Shown: positions 16,806-30,445, numbered from the stretch's first letter. The stretch: 64,000 nt of DNA from Rhizophagus irregularis (GCF_026210795.1 NC_089434.1:3224001-3288000), one strand, 5' to 3'. Translations and numbers: made by a program. The notes: generated by a model from the sequence alone, not told the origin.

Positions 16806-17572
16806 CCTGTTATTCCATGGATATCTATTAAATACTCCATATACACCGATGCTCTTCGGGGGACCCCCCAAGTTATTCATTGATACTCATGGAATAACAA
16901 GTATAAATTGGACAGATAAGCCATGAATTCAAACGCTTCTTTTCATAACGTAAAGTAGATTTTTCTCTGCGTTACTCAAGTTTGGAGAAATAAGTTTGTT
17001 TCTTTTCTAATATAATTGATATTATCTCAGCAAAGCGCTCTTCATGTTTTATATTTTATTCTACTCATTATTTGCTATTGTTTCTACTATTAAAAATATT
17101 ATTTTTCATGCCGAAATTGTTGTTATTCTTGAAAGAAAAAAAAAATAAAAAAAATTGGAAATCAATTTAATGATAGAAGTAATAAATAGAATGAAAACAA
17201 GTTTAAAATCTTGAATTATAGTAGTACGTCATAAATGTAATTTACTCGGTACAATTTTTAAAGTTACAAGGAGTTTTAAGTACATTCAGGGAGGCGATAT
17301 ATATATATTTACTTTGACGAATGAAACCAAGAATAATATCTTGTAATCTCTCTAAACACTAACTGTCTTTTGCCATTGAGTAAAATATAAATTATTCGAA
17401 GATCATCTGGAAAAAAAGGTTATATAATTATCTCGACGAAAAAAGCAAATCTTTTTCCCATTAGTTTTCCATTAAAGTTCACAATATACAATATTCAAAG
17501 TGTAATATAAAGTGTACTGTACATATCGCGAGAGTACTTTAAATTTGCTTCGTTTTTTTTACAAATTTTACG

Positions 17573-17930
17573 ATGGTGGACTTATCAAATGATAGAATTA
17601 ACCGCCCAACAAATTTGGCCCAAATAGGCACTCTATCAAATGTTCCATACACTAATAAATATTTCTCGCGACTTAAAATACAACTTAAACAAGTAGTCCT
17701 CTTTTATGGATAATCAATTTGCCAATTTGGCACTTCAACTCAATACTATCATCCTACGATACAATCATATAAGCTTTACTTGATGGTACCCAATTCCAAA
17801 ATATTTTCCCTTCACTCGACGTTAAAACTCTCCTCAATTTAAAATTATCATTATACCTAATTCTGTAAATTTAATTAATTTAGATTTACAAAATCTAGTT
17901 CGACAAGATGATTCATTTGACTTTAATAAT
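17573..17930 (+). pseudogene. Decayed paralogue of the ORF at 62652-63185
   Basis: Shares GTCCTCTTTTATGGATAATCAA, ACTTCAACTCAATACTAT and TTATACCTAATTCTGTAAATTTA..GATTTACAAAAT with 62876-63116; deletions break the frame. Confidence 0.75.
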
Positions 17931-19075
17931 TTTTAGTGACTAAACAACATCTTTTTCTTTTTAGCTAATTTATTAAGTACACTAATTATTTTAAACCTCA
18001 TTTATTTGATAAATTTAGCAAATAAAATTCATACAATTCTCTTTTAATAATACTTTCCATCTCTTATATTTTTATCCATAAAATGATATATAAGTAAGTA
18101 AATTACATTAAATATACAGTAAATGTTTTATTGAAGCCAAAAAATTGTACATATAATAAAGAATCTTAAATATCAAAAATAAAATCTAGTAAATACAGTG
18201 TAAATACCAAAGAAATATTATAAGTAATAGTTTTTCCTACTTAAGGTGGAATAAAGTTTAAGTTCTGGACTATAGGGCTAAATTTTTAGCAAAACTAGGC
18301 CTTAATAAATATTATCTCACTTAACCATAAATTTATTAAACTAATTATTAGCTAAATAAATATAAATTTATTATTATTAAAACTTTTTATTATTAAATTA
18401 AATATAAAAGTAATAGTTTTGAATTTAATCCTAAACATTAGTTTTAGATTGAATTCAATTTACCTATATATTAAAATTAATAAGTTTAATAAAACTGTAA
18501 GTAATCTTCTATATTTAAATAATAATATATATATTTTTTATTAGTTAAATTAGTGTTAAATTTATTTTACATAATTTACAAATAAGAGTTTTACTAATTT
18601 GCCTTCTAGGTTAAATAATTTGGATTAAATCATCTTCTTAAAATTTATTTTTTTTTAAAAAATAAATTATTTGTATTATTATTCATTTTACTTTATATAG
18701 ATTTATTTATTTGAACATTATAAATTATAATAACCAAAGTTTTCTTATATTTTTGACAATATTTTTTGTTTTTAATTTTAATTGTAACTATAATTTATAT
18801 TTCTTTTTGAAAATTTGGCCAAAATTATAAAATTTACTAACAGATTAAATCATTCAAATTAAATTACTTATAGTTAAAATTAGTTTTATAAACTTATATT
18901 ATTATTTTAATACTTTTATCCAATACAAAATTTTTTATATTTAAAAGTATAAAATATAGTAATTACTTTTTTTAATATAGATGATATTTATTTATAAAAC
19001 AATAAATTTAACATTAACTAATAAATTTCTTGTAAAATAATAAAAAGAAAATATTAATAATGCAAATTAAAAGTA

Positions 19076-19271
19076 CAGTCAGACCTCTATATAGTCACCT
19101 AATCAGTTTCGCAAAAATCAGTGACTATATAGAGGCTTTTACTATGATGTGATTATACAAAGGTTTTTTATATAGTAATTATATATATTGGTATTTTCCA
19201 AAGGTGTAATTATATAGAGAAATTTTATATGATGTGACTATATGGAGTGTGATTATATAGAGGTCAGATTG
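19076..19271. mobile_element. Tc1/mariner (pogo-type) MITE
   Basis: TA|CAGTCAGACCTCTATATAGTCAC ... GTGATTATATAGAGGTCAGATTG|TA. Confidence 0.8.
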
Positions 19272-19849
19272 TATAATAGTTTTTTATAAAAAATATTTAT
19301 ATTTAAAATATAATCAATATATTTAAAATACATTTAATTAAATTTTTTTAATTTTTTTATTTTATATTTAATTTGTAATTTATAAGTTAACTGCAAATAA
19401 TTTGTAAAAAATAGGAATTTGATATAATATCAAATAAAAAATGAAAAAATTATTGTAAAAAAAAAACTATTTGAAACTTTAAAATAAAATATTATATATC
19501 AATCAGAAAAAATATTTAATTTTTTATATTATATTTATTATACAAATACCACTCATTATAAATTTATAATGATATCTTAATAAACTAACATATGGAAAAT
19601 TATCAAAAACAAATTTTACTATACTTGTTATAATGATATTATTATAAATATTAATATATTATAATTATAATACAAAATTCTGATAAACTAATTTTATAAA
19701 GTAACAATCTAGCTTGATATATATAATAATATCATAAATATAATGACAGTCATTATATAAATATATTTATTAATGTCCATTATATATCAACTTATTTTTT
19801 AGTTTTTTTTGAATTTGCAGTCATTCAAATATAAAAAATACAAATAATG

Positions 19850-21250
19850 TATAATGAATAAAACTTCCTAATAATAATTCAAACAAAAAAAAAAGAATTA
19901 CCTTAAATAAAGCTTAAAAAAAAGAATTTATATTTTAGCAAAAAATAACCTTAGCTTAAAATATCAAAATATTATTAATAAATATAATATTAGTCATAAT
20001 ACTATTACAGAAATTCTTATTAAAAAGAATTATTTTTAATATTAATAAATAAAAAGGGTTTTGTTTTTTATCGCACCTGCGTTATGTCGCACCCCTATAA
20101 TATGTTACATATAAAAGTCAAAAATGACATTCTAAATCCTTTTTGATATATTAAGAAAACTTGTAGAATGGTCAAAAATACGTATAGTATAAGGTTTCTT
20201 ATAGTACATAGTAAGTGCATAAGGTCTCACGCAAGGATTTTTTAAAAAATGGGAAATCTTAACGAAGTCATATGATAAAAATGATCGATATAATTAATAT
20301 ATAAAAATTACCAAAAAAAGGAGATGCGACATATCGCAGGTGCGAAAAAAAACATATTTCTAATAAAAATTCTATTGCAAATCAACAAAAATAAATAAAT
20401 AAACTCTTTTCCTTCAACTAAAAGAAACTTTAGCATTATATAGTTTGATAAAACAATTAAATAATATAATTTAATAATTACAGGCAAAATTTTAAAAATT
20501 AAAGGTCATGCAATAGTTAATATTTAATTTTAATAGATCTGATAAATGATTATCTAATTTTAAAAAGCAACATCCCATTTATTAAATTACTAAATAAGAT
20601 AAAGCAGCAAATATACTACTTGAAAAATTATCAAGATTTAAAAGAATTTAAAAAAATATTATTCAAGAATATTTTCTTATAGATATGTATAAATACAGAT
20701 GAAAATAGCTTTTTTTTAAGATTTAAAACTATCAAAAATACATACTTATGGACTAATGACGGGTATTAAAAAATTAAAATCTTGAATTATTATTTTATTA
20801 TTATGTAATGCATTAGATAATAAATTAATTATACCAATTTTTATATACTAAAAAATAGAAACTATTGTAAATTTAGAATAAAAGATTTTGTACAAAAATC
20901 CAAATATCTTTAAAAATTCAATTTATATATATAAAAAATCTGGTATTTCTAAAAAAAAATGAAATATTAAAAATGTTTTTTTAAAGTAAAATAAATAAAA
21001 AAATAACTTATAGTTTGATATATATAAGAAATTCAGAAACTTTAGAAAAAAAATAAAAAATAAAATCAAAATATTTTTTTGAAATTAATTAAAAAAATAT
21101 ACTTATTAATTAAAATTAAATAAAAAAAAAATTATTAGATAATTATATTTATTATAAACTTATTTTGCAATTATTGTTTATTTTTGATATAACATAAAAT
21201 TTCAATAATACATTTTATGCAGACCAATTAGAAATAATGCATACAAATAA
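19850..21250 (+). pseudogene. Heavily decayed pogo/CENP-B-like transposase relic
   Basis: Fragmentary translations KRITLNKA..YNISHNTITEIL (HTH), ITGKILKIKGH..LSNFKKQH, NTDE..F and IILLLCNA appear in the order expected for CENP-B HTH + DDE_1; many stops, very AT-rich. Confidence 0.55.
20063..20353. mobile_element. MITE inserted in the pogo relic
   Basis: ~29-bp TIR GTTTTTTATCGCACCTGCGTTATGTCGCA / TGCGACATATCGCAGGTGCGAAAAAAAAC; TSD not clear. Confidence 0.7.
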
Positions 21251-23046
21251 ACAGATTTTATTTATGATTCAATATATTATTAAAATTTATAAATATATAT
21301 ATCTTTCACTTTACTTTAAATAATAAATATCAAAACCTTTAAGTATTAAAATAAATAAAAAAAATATTACCTATTTATTAATAAGAATTGGATGTAAAAA
21401 TAGACTCTAGTGAAAAATATAAGTTTGGTCATCTAATTAAATTATATAATTTATATTGATTATTTTCTTTTTTAGGTCAAATATTATACTAATTTTTAAA
21501 ATTGGTAAAATCAATTTTTAAAAAAAATATTTTTTGTGAAATAAGTATTAGGCGAGACAAAGTTAAAAATTCGGTTCTCATATCCCGCCCGCGTTGATAA
21601 AGTGACTCTTCGAACTTTTAATTTTTTTTATGATAACCAATCAAATTTAACTCATGTGAATGTACCAATAAAATTGAAAATTAAAACTTTTTTAAAACTG
21701 TTTTTAAATTTAAGCTTAAAATATTAAATGTTTTATCAAAATGTTTAATATACATGCTGCGCTGCTAAACGCGAAATCAAAAAAAATAAAAAATTGTCTA
21801 AATCAAATCTTTGTACGCTTTCCCTTATCTTTACCACCCTGTTTCCATTTTAGACGTTTCTTTGAAATGGCAGTATTATCACTGCAACTACTGCAATGTG
21901 GGAATTTGTCTTCTGCTGTTTCGTTAATATCTAAGCTTCCACACTCAATGCAAACGTCCGGATAGATTCCAGCTGAATAATATAGTTTTTCAATCTGTGA
22001 CGTACAAGACCAAGAATCATTAACAAAAACTCTTAAAAAAAGTTCACGAATAGAATCCTTCATATTGTTATCAGATTTATTCTCATCATCTGAGTTTTCA
22101 GGTTCGTCTTCATTACAATCATCCCCCTCATCCAAATTTTCTATTTCATCATGTTGCTTTGATGGTACAGGTGTAGTTATTGCCAAATCGCATGTATTAT
22201 GAAATGACATGCCGCAGGTATAGAAGATTGTGTCTAAGAAACTTTGTAGCCTTGTCCTATCCTTTTTGGACAATTTCCTGGCGCTGAATAATAAACGTGA
22301 TTTCTCACACTCAGCACAATTTACAACAACACTAACATTTTTTGCACGTACAGCAGAAGGGCAGAAGGGCATACTGTGTTTCACTTTTGTGGTTGTCATA
22401 TTTTCTTTTTTTTTGCTTTAGCATCTCTAAACGAAGGTCTATGATCTTCTGTTGTTGGTGTACCATATAGCTTTTCAAATGATATGTAATGCAAGTCTTC
22501 ACCAGGTACTGGATCTGGAAGATGATGCAATTGTTCAAAATCTTCTGTTGAACAACGAATAGGATGGCAAATAGTACAAGTTGATTTACCACATTTCTTG
22601 ATTGAAAAAAAGTAATGCCTTGACTTACAACAGTGCTCTAAGAATTCTTGCATATATTCCTATAACAAAGTTACATTAATGAAAGTTTTTTTACGTGAAA
22701 ATTAATCAATTTTATTTACCTTTCGTTTTATATGTTCTGCAGTACGATCTTTATGAGTAACACTATCATCTACAATCTGAATTGTTTCTCAAAATCTTTC
22801 TATTTTCGTTTCTGATGCTGCTGGAAATGTTTTGAAAGACTCACCTTTAAGAGCTTGACGACTAAACACATCACGAATCAAATGAATTGGAACTTGAAGG
22901 CTTGTAATTAGATCTTCCTTCAGGTTAGGATTCTCCTCTGCAATTTTGCGGATTTCATTCATTGTACCACACTTACTCATTAGATTTTCAGACTGATCAT
23001 TCATTTCAGCTCGCATCAAATCAATACTTTGAAGTCCTAGATTTAG

Positions 23047-23325
23047 CACTGGTAAAAAAATGATTTATCCTACACATATCTTACACATATTGGGCACTCA
23101 AAATGTAGAAAATCATACACAAATAATACACATATCATACACATATCGGGTACTAATATATATATCATACATATATCAGGTACCTGATAGGTATACTATA
23201 TATATAAGTACCCGATATGTGTATGATATGTGTATTATTTGTGTATGATTTTCTACATTTTGAGTACCCGATATATGTAAGATATGTGTAGGATATGTGT
23301 AGGATAGACCATTTTTTTACCAGTG
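23047..23325. mobile_element. CACTA/CMC-type MITE, copy 1 (279 bp)
   Basis: CACTGGTAAAAAAATG ... CATTTTTTTACCAGTG; 3-bp TSD TAG; excision restores IMSILNLGLQ. Confidence 0.9.
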
Positions 23326-25453
23326 TAGGATTGACATGATGCGCTCAACAGGATTTTTCCATGAATGTTGTGGTGGAGTTCGGACTGCAACAAGATAATC
23401 AAGATCTAATGCAAGAAAAAGACAAATATACAAGAGTTGGACTCGGGTATATGTACAATGATGGTCTGGACCACCATCCGTATAGAGACATAACACAGGC
23501 TTGTTATAAAGATTTTCATCAAGTAGTATATTAAACAATTCTGTTACATGTCGGAGAGGTGAGGAAAGTTGAAAAATTGGATCCTTTAATCTAATGCGTA
23601 CTTTTCCCGCATAGAAATCACTATTGATCGATTCTGGAATGTCACATATCATCACTACACTTGGTATAATTCCCATTTTTGTAAAATCATGGTCAGCTAC
23701 TGTGAATGTGGTATCTTTACTAACAACTACTTTCTTTCCCCTCTCTATTGTAGCAACAGGAAATCCAGGTTCACCAACTTTGCAATGATGCTTATCATCT
23801 AGAAAAATCATATTTGTAATCTCACAGAATTTCACTGCAAATTCCTTCTCATATCGAAATAATGCTGATGCATAATGGGCATCTTGATGATTAGCTCGTA
23901 GTTGTTATGTCTGAACCATAAATTTTAAAGGTAAACGACCGGTAAATTGCAGGCTACTAAGCCATGTTGGATTCTTTAGCCAAAATTGTAATCGTAACCA
24001 TTGTGCACTAGGAATCAATATTTCAGGTGAACACTCATGTTTAATTTGGTGCAAAAGGTCATTCACTGAGATTGCAGTTGCAAGATGTACGACTGTGTCA
24101 TGCCTGCGTTCATCTACAGCAGTTACAATGTCTGCTGCTTTTCCTGCAAGAAACTGAGCTGTAATTTTCCAAAAATCATTATATTTGCCAGGCTGCCCAT
24201 CATTATGTTCACGTAAATCTATGGTAATCTCTGGGTCTCCAAGTTCCAAAGCGAGTCTAACACGTTCATCAACTTTTGCTTCAATTGCATTTTCAGCCGC
24301 AGTAATGTCACCTGTTAGCATTCAGTAAATTGTTCAGAGTGCTAATGGCTTGGCCTTTGGGAGGAGAAGATCACATGTACGTAGATAGTTTATCTGCATT
24401 GCTCTTGTGTGATAACGAGGTGCATCAGCCTGCAATTCCATTACAATCTGTGTGTTTTCTTGAATTATTAAGTCTTCATTAACATGTTCGTCAACTTTCC
24501 AGATTGAAATTGCATTAAAAGCATTATTTCCAGAATTAAATCAATATTCTCCAATTTTGAAAGAAAATGCGTGAGGTAAACCTTGAATGTAACGCATTCT
24601 TTGCCTACAATATGGATTTTGCATTAGAATTTTAAACCAGAAACAAGATTTAATATTTTTTTCTCATGCATACACAGGATCATTTGGCAAGTATTCTTCA
24701 ATATCAACTGGTTTCCATGGTGGTAAATTGCTAAGCAACTGTTCAAGACGGTAATATTTGGTCTTATCGATAGGTGTAACCCAAATGTTACACTTGTGGA
24801 CTTTGATCGTTGTTGCTTGATCGATAGATCGTATGGGAGATTCTGATGCATAATTCACAGCAGTAACATTATGATGACATTGAAGATATCCAGTATAATT
24901 TGAAATGGCAACAATGAAATTGTCAAATGCACCACGGAGCCAGTCAAAATTCGCCATTAGCATCTATGACGATATAGCGCATGGAGCAAGAGATTGGTAA
25001 TGTAAGTTTAATTCATTTGCATCAAAGAGTTTTCGGAAATGCTTATGTGATTCAGGATTTGCATGGTTAAAAAACTTAAGGAAAATATTAGGTATATGAA
25101 AACTACGTTCTTCAAGTTTCTTGTGACTACGCATATCAATATACCAAATTGTTTCAGTTAAGCTAACAATAAATTCCTTTCCTTGTGTATTAGCAATTGA
25201 TTGAGTAGACCATCCTCCACCATTATTGTGAATCCAATCAACAAAATCATTACGCAGTGTTTGCTTACGATTTCCTGATTGTGGGAATGTTAGCAAATAT
25301 AATTTAGATTTGCGTGCATTTTGCATCAAGATCGCAAAGCCATTTTGTGATGCTGGAGTGGCTGTTGTAATATCAGTTTTGAGTCGGTAATGTATATATA
25401 TTCCTACACCCTTCGTAAGTTCTATGATATTACAGTTAAGACTGGCTTGGATT

Positions 25454-25732
25454 CACTGGTAAAAAAATGATTTATCCTACACATATCTTACACATATTGG
25501 GTACTCAAAATGTAGAAAATCATACACAAATAATACACATATCATACACATATCGGGTACTAATATATATATCATACATATATCAGGTACCTGATAGGTA
25601 TACTATATATATAAATACCCGATATGTGTATGATATGTGTATTATTTGTGTATAATTTTCTACATTTTAAGTACCCGATATATGTAAGATATGTGTAGGA
25701 TATGTGTAGGATAGACCATTTTTTTACCAGTG
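25454..25732. mobile_element. CACTA/CMC-type MITE, copy 2 (279 bp, near-identical to copy 1)
   Basis: Same TIRs and interior as copy 1; TSD ATT/GTT. Confidence 0.88.
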
Positions 25733-26431
25733 GTTGCAGAAGCAGCTAGTGCCTCACTTAACTCGATACGTTTTATTTCTTTAGAACTTGTCACAGCAAT
25801 ATTGCATTCAGAAGATATTTCTTTATTAACAAGCTTCATAAAAAAATCTTTTAATGACATTTCATAGGGAAAAGGATGGATATACCAGCCATGGAGTACT
25901 CATGACCCTTTAGAGATGCGAATATTTGCAAATACCATATTCAAGAAAAAATGAATTCATACAAGGTTGAAGAAAGTATATCTTAACGTGTTTTTTAAAA
26001 TTTTCCATTTATGCAATTTTCTATAAGGGGCGCAGTCAAAAAAGAAACCAGAACGATTGTTTAATTTCTAATATTATAATACATGCAAGATGCATATTTG
26101 CTTTATAAATTCGTTTGAGTATTTTTTTTTCGCTAAAGATCTTTATGACTTATATATTTAAAAAATGATTCCCACGCTTAATTCGTATTGTATTTATTAA
26201 ATTGTTCATGAAAATCGAACTAAAAACTTGAATTAACTTGATATGTAAATCAATACATAATAAATACGTAATACAATTTACAATAAATCTCGAATTTTAT
26301 TGGTTTAAAATTTTTTGTTCTATAAAATTAAAATCTGTGCGCCCGCATCAAATTGAGGCAAATTTTGATATGAGAACCGAATTTTTAACTTTATATCGCC
26401 TTATTAAAAAAAATAATAATCTGCATACTTA

Positions 26432-26690
26432 TAGAGTTCTGTATGAATCAGTTCAGATCAGATTTTATTAGATTTCAATCTGATCCAATCAGATTCAGAT
26501 CTATCAATTTAAATCCAGATTTGAATTTCAGATCTATATTTGAAATCTGAATCTGATTTGTTTAATTTGATTCAAATTCGAATTAAATTTGAATTTGATT
26601 TTAAATTCAGATTAGATTCAGATTCGAATTATATTCAGATCAAATTTAGTTTAATCTGATCAATATTTGGTTCAATCTGATTGATATTTT
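26432..26690. repeat. Decayed 5-6-mer repeat tract (GATTCA/AATCTG), probably the subterminal region of an old hAT-like element
   Basis: Starts TAGAGTTCTGTATGAATCAG, resembling the 46638 terminus TAAAGCTCTGAACGGGTCAG. Confidence 0.45.
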
Positions 26691-26751
26691 TTAAATTTTT
26701 AATAATAAAATAAGTATTTACTTCATTAAAATTTCTTTATTTATATATATA

Positions 26752-29700
26752 CACAGGTCGAAATGTTAAAAATTGGCAAAAAAAATGGCGCAAAAAGCAG
26801 TGGCTATTCTTGGCTATTCTTGGCTATTCTTGGCTTTTCTTGGCTGTTTTTAGCTATTTGCGAATTAACCTATACTATTTGTAAATAGTTTATATGGTGC
26901 TGAAAGTCTTAACTCGACAATCACGTGATTTTGTTTCAATTTTTTTGGAACCGACCCTTAATCACGTGTTTGGAAATCAGCCAATAAAAATCTGAGATTT
27001 TTGATAAATTTTCATACTGGCGGCTTATCGGTACCATGATATGTCACACTTACAGTATGCAAAAAATGTTAACTGAAAAAAAGTGTTACGCATTTTATTT
27101 TATTTCATTTTGAATAACATTTTTCAGTAATGCAAAGCCAGCAATTAAGTATGTAAAGTATGTATTAATTAATGACTTTATTATTATCACTTACGTATTA
27201 TCTAAATCATCCATTATTCTTTCAATATTGTCAGGTAACCGATGATGTGACTTATATTTGCTAACAGCCCATTCAGCGGTCCTACCTTCCAACCCTTTAT
27301 TGTATGCATCCATATATCTCCATGATTTGCATGCAAATTTATGAATGGTTGTTACAGGAACACTAATAAGAACTTCTGGAACCTTTAACAATAAGTCATT
27401 ATAATTATAATTGCATAACCGTCTTGTTTCCCGTTTTGCAAAACCCCAATATCGTTCTATGAAGTTACACTCACAATGGAATTTTGGGTAACGTTCAAAA
27501 ATATGTCCTGCTTTAATTATTGCCTCTTTCAATATTGACCGTTGTTCACAAAAATCTGGTTGCAGTGACATTATTCTTCGTGCACAACAATCTAGCCTTT
27601 CTGAAACAATATCATCTTGTTTTCCAGAACATTGCTCACACATCAAACGTATACCCTTCTCTGGCCAAATATTACACTCTGTAAGCACCTGCTTGATACC
27701 TTTTGGCTTTCCTTTTAGTTTATGATTGTCTGGAAATACCATCGAATGTACAAGTTTCTCTCCATTTTCATTGATGTACTAACCATCACGCATTTTAGGT
27801 TGTGCTCCTCCGGGACTCAAATTCATTCTCACTGCAATTAGTGCATCAGCTGCCATTGCATTATGGTTTGTAGATTGGTCAAAACAAAATACACCAACAC
27901 AACCAGGGTGCAATATCTCAAAAATCGGAATAGCTTGATGCACGAGCTAATTTTTGTAAAAGAGGTTTGTTATCATATTTTCTAACTTTAGGTCTATAAA
28001 TTTTTGACCTACCTGATCCAGCATATGCTCCGATTTCCAATATCCATCTGTTTGTACTGAACGAAGAATGAAAGCTTCTTTACTTTTAATGTGTGGATTT
28101 TCCCGCATTTGTTCATCAGATAATTGTAGCAACCCGTGGTATAGACAAAGGAAGGCGGAAACCATGATAGAGCGTCCTTGGTGTTTTGAGCATAGGATAT
28201 CTTCATCCTCTCTCATCCAGATTCTCCGCTGTCCATCATTTGCGTAAAAATGGCATTCATCATGCGTTATCTGAACTAATTCTTTATCTCCTAGCTTAAG
28301 TTGGGGTTCTGAAACTATATCCATCATATCACCATCAAAATCTTTCATTAACCTTTGATATTCAAACATCCTCTTCAACCATTCCTTTCTGTATTTCACT
28401 ACATCTGGTCGCTCATGCCCATCATAATAAACCCCCTTTTTTCTTTCATCATACTTATATCTCCACAAATACATGTAGTTTCGGCATGTTTTCTCAGAAA
28501 TTGTATCTTTTTTGATATGGCCTGTTAATTTAGGAAATACCATTCCTTCAATATACACTTTCAGGTTTCCAGGGGTACGTGACTCTGGTTTTTGTTGTCG
28601 TAACCATGCTTGACATTCTTCTTTAAAGTCCTCATCATTTAGCAAACTTTCTAGTTTCGTATGTTTCCCTTGATGATGGATAAGAAGCTCTCCCGTTTTT
28701 ATAAAATGATCTCCCCATTTTCAAATACATTTTGCAATATAATCACCTTTGCTCCACACAGTTTGTGCAATCTGATTACTGGCATCCATTTTACCCGACC
28801 ATCTAATAATAACTGTATATATCTGCGTATACTTAGATGGCGTAAATAGTCATAGGTAAAAACATTTTTATTCATTTTTACATTTTTTGTTACTGTGCAT
28901 TGTTGATTTATTTCATCTAGACGTATATATAGATTTCTTGTAATCTCATCAGAAATTAAAGAAGAATTTGGTGTAGTTTCAAAAGATAAAAATGGAGATG
29001 GAGATAGAGATTGTGGTTTTAATGATTGTGGTAAGGGCATATTAGTTGATTTTTCAGTGCTTCTAAATAATGTATCAAGAGTCCTCATTCTTTTTGCATC
29101 ACGCGCTAACTCTTCCTTTTTTTTGTGTTCCTCCAGACTGTGATTCTTGAAGTTCCATTGTATGCTGCTCTGATACTACCCGTAGCTTTCTCATACCAAC
29201 AAAGAACTTCGGTAATAAGCTTTTTTCCCACTTTCTCAAACTCTTCCAAATCTTTTGTCCAATCATTATTTATCTCATCCTCTATCTGGTCTTTAACAAT
29301 TTCACCCTCTGCCCACTCGTTAATATTCTCATTATCTATCCATTTTTCATCTTCAACAGCCTCTATCTCAGTTTCTCTGGATATGTAATGTTCTTTTTTT
29401 CTAGGTATTTTGTTAACTTGCAGTTGCCTTTTTGTTTTACGTGGCATTTAAAAAAATGGTTAGTTTATTCAAATAAAACATTTTCATTTACATGTGAAAA
29501 TCTAAAAATTTTCTCCATGATGTTTGTTTCTCTCGTGAAAAATTGATTATGATAATTCAGGCCGGCATCAAATTATCATAATTTCAGCTCAAATTATGAT
29601 GATCTTCGGCCAATAAAATTGCATTCACATGACAAAATTTGTTTCAAATTCGGACAAATAATATGAAAATCACCGAAGTTTAAATGCTTATAACTCTTTA

Positions 29701-29926
29701 TGTAGGCAATTTTTTAAAAATCGGATCAGTAATTTAATAGATTTCACTTTGAAGAATAAGATTACCAGTTTATTTTTTTTGAATTCATATTATTTTTTAA
29801 TGTTAAAAATTTTCCAAGTATTACAATTTTATTGTCTAGTTAAGACTTCTGGCACCATACAAATTTGTGAATAGTTTATGCAATTCACGCCATTTTTTTT
29901 ACCTGTTTTTGGTCATTTGACATGTG
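26752..29926 (-). mobile_element. Tc1/IS630-like DNA transposon (3.2 kb)
   Basis: Imperfect TIR CACAGGTCGAAATG..AAAAAAATGGCG / CGCCATTTTTTTTT..CATTTGACATGTG plus subterminal ATGGTGC..AAGTCTTAACT.GACAAT inverted repeat; ATA on both flanks. Confidence 0.75.
27191..29447 (-). pseudogene. DDE transposase (Tc1/IS630-like) with long D2-E insert; stops and frameshifts
   Basis: YYDGHERPDVV, THDECHFYANDG, FCFDQSTNH, YPKFHCECNFIERYWG, YKSHHR; intron ~27948-28012; in-frame TAG at ~27780. Confidence 0.85.
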
Positions 29927-30206
29927 ATAATTATATTATTACTTAATATTATATTATCTGTTATGCTAAATCGCTAATTACTAATTTGCTAATTACTATA
30001 TTATTTATAATAAAGATTATTAGATTAATAAAATTAAAATTTGAAAAAAAACTATAAAAAAAAATTAATATCAAAAAAAAAGTTAAAAAACTATGAATAT
30101 TAATCAGATTAATAAAACTATAAAAAAAAATTAATATTAAAAATTAAGAAAAAAAATTAAAATATTAATTTTTTAGAACTTCACATTAGGTTTTAGACAT
30201 ATACAT

Positions 30207-30445
30207 TACTAGTCAAAATCTATGCTATCAGGTATATATCGGGCACCTATATATCGGTGACTAATCAGATATATATCGGGTATTTACATATATCGGGTAC
30301 ATATCGGGTACCCAATATGTCACCGATATATACTGGTATATTTCAGGCACCTATATAATCAGATATATATATATTTCTAATATATATCGGGTACTAATAT
30401 TTGTATGATACATTTTGATATATCGATATCGATATTCTATTAGTA
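30207..30445. mobile_element. Decayed CACTA-type MITE related to the 23047/25454 copies
   Basis: Repeated ATATCGGGTAC motif; degenerate TACTAGTCAAAA start; no TSD recovered. Confidence 0.5.

Larger units (their letters stand above)
21803..25938 (-). pseudogene. Zator/TP36-like DDE transposase, broken by stops, frameshifts and two MITEs
   Basis: FLDDKH..GEPG..DHDF..IIPSV, YTDGGPDH, RTPPQHSWKNPVERIMSIL|NLGLQ (joined after removing the MITE); C-terminal Cys clusters. Confidence 0.8.
21551..26400 (-). mobile_element. Zator-type DNA transposon (4.85 kb)
   Basis: 34-bp TIR GGCGAGACAAAGTTAAAAATTCGGTTCTCATATC (32/34 match), GG..CC ends, TTA on both flanks (TWA TSD); internal DDE gene. Confidence 0.8.

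Noticed and set aside
23060..25655. Duplicate 62-aa ORFs MIYPTHILHILG... at 23060 and 25467
   Set aside because: They lie entirely within the two CACTA MITE copies; no coding signal.
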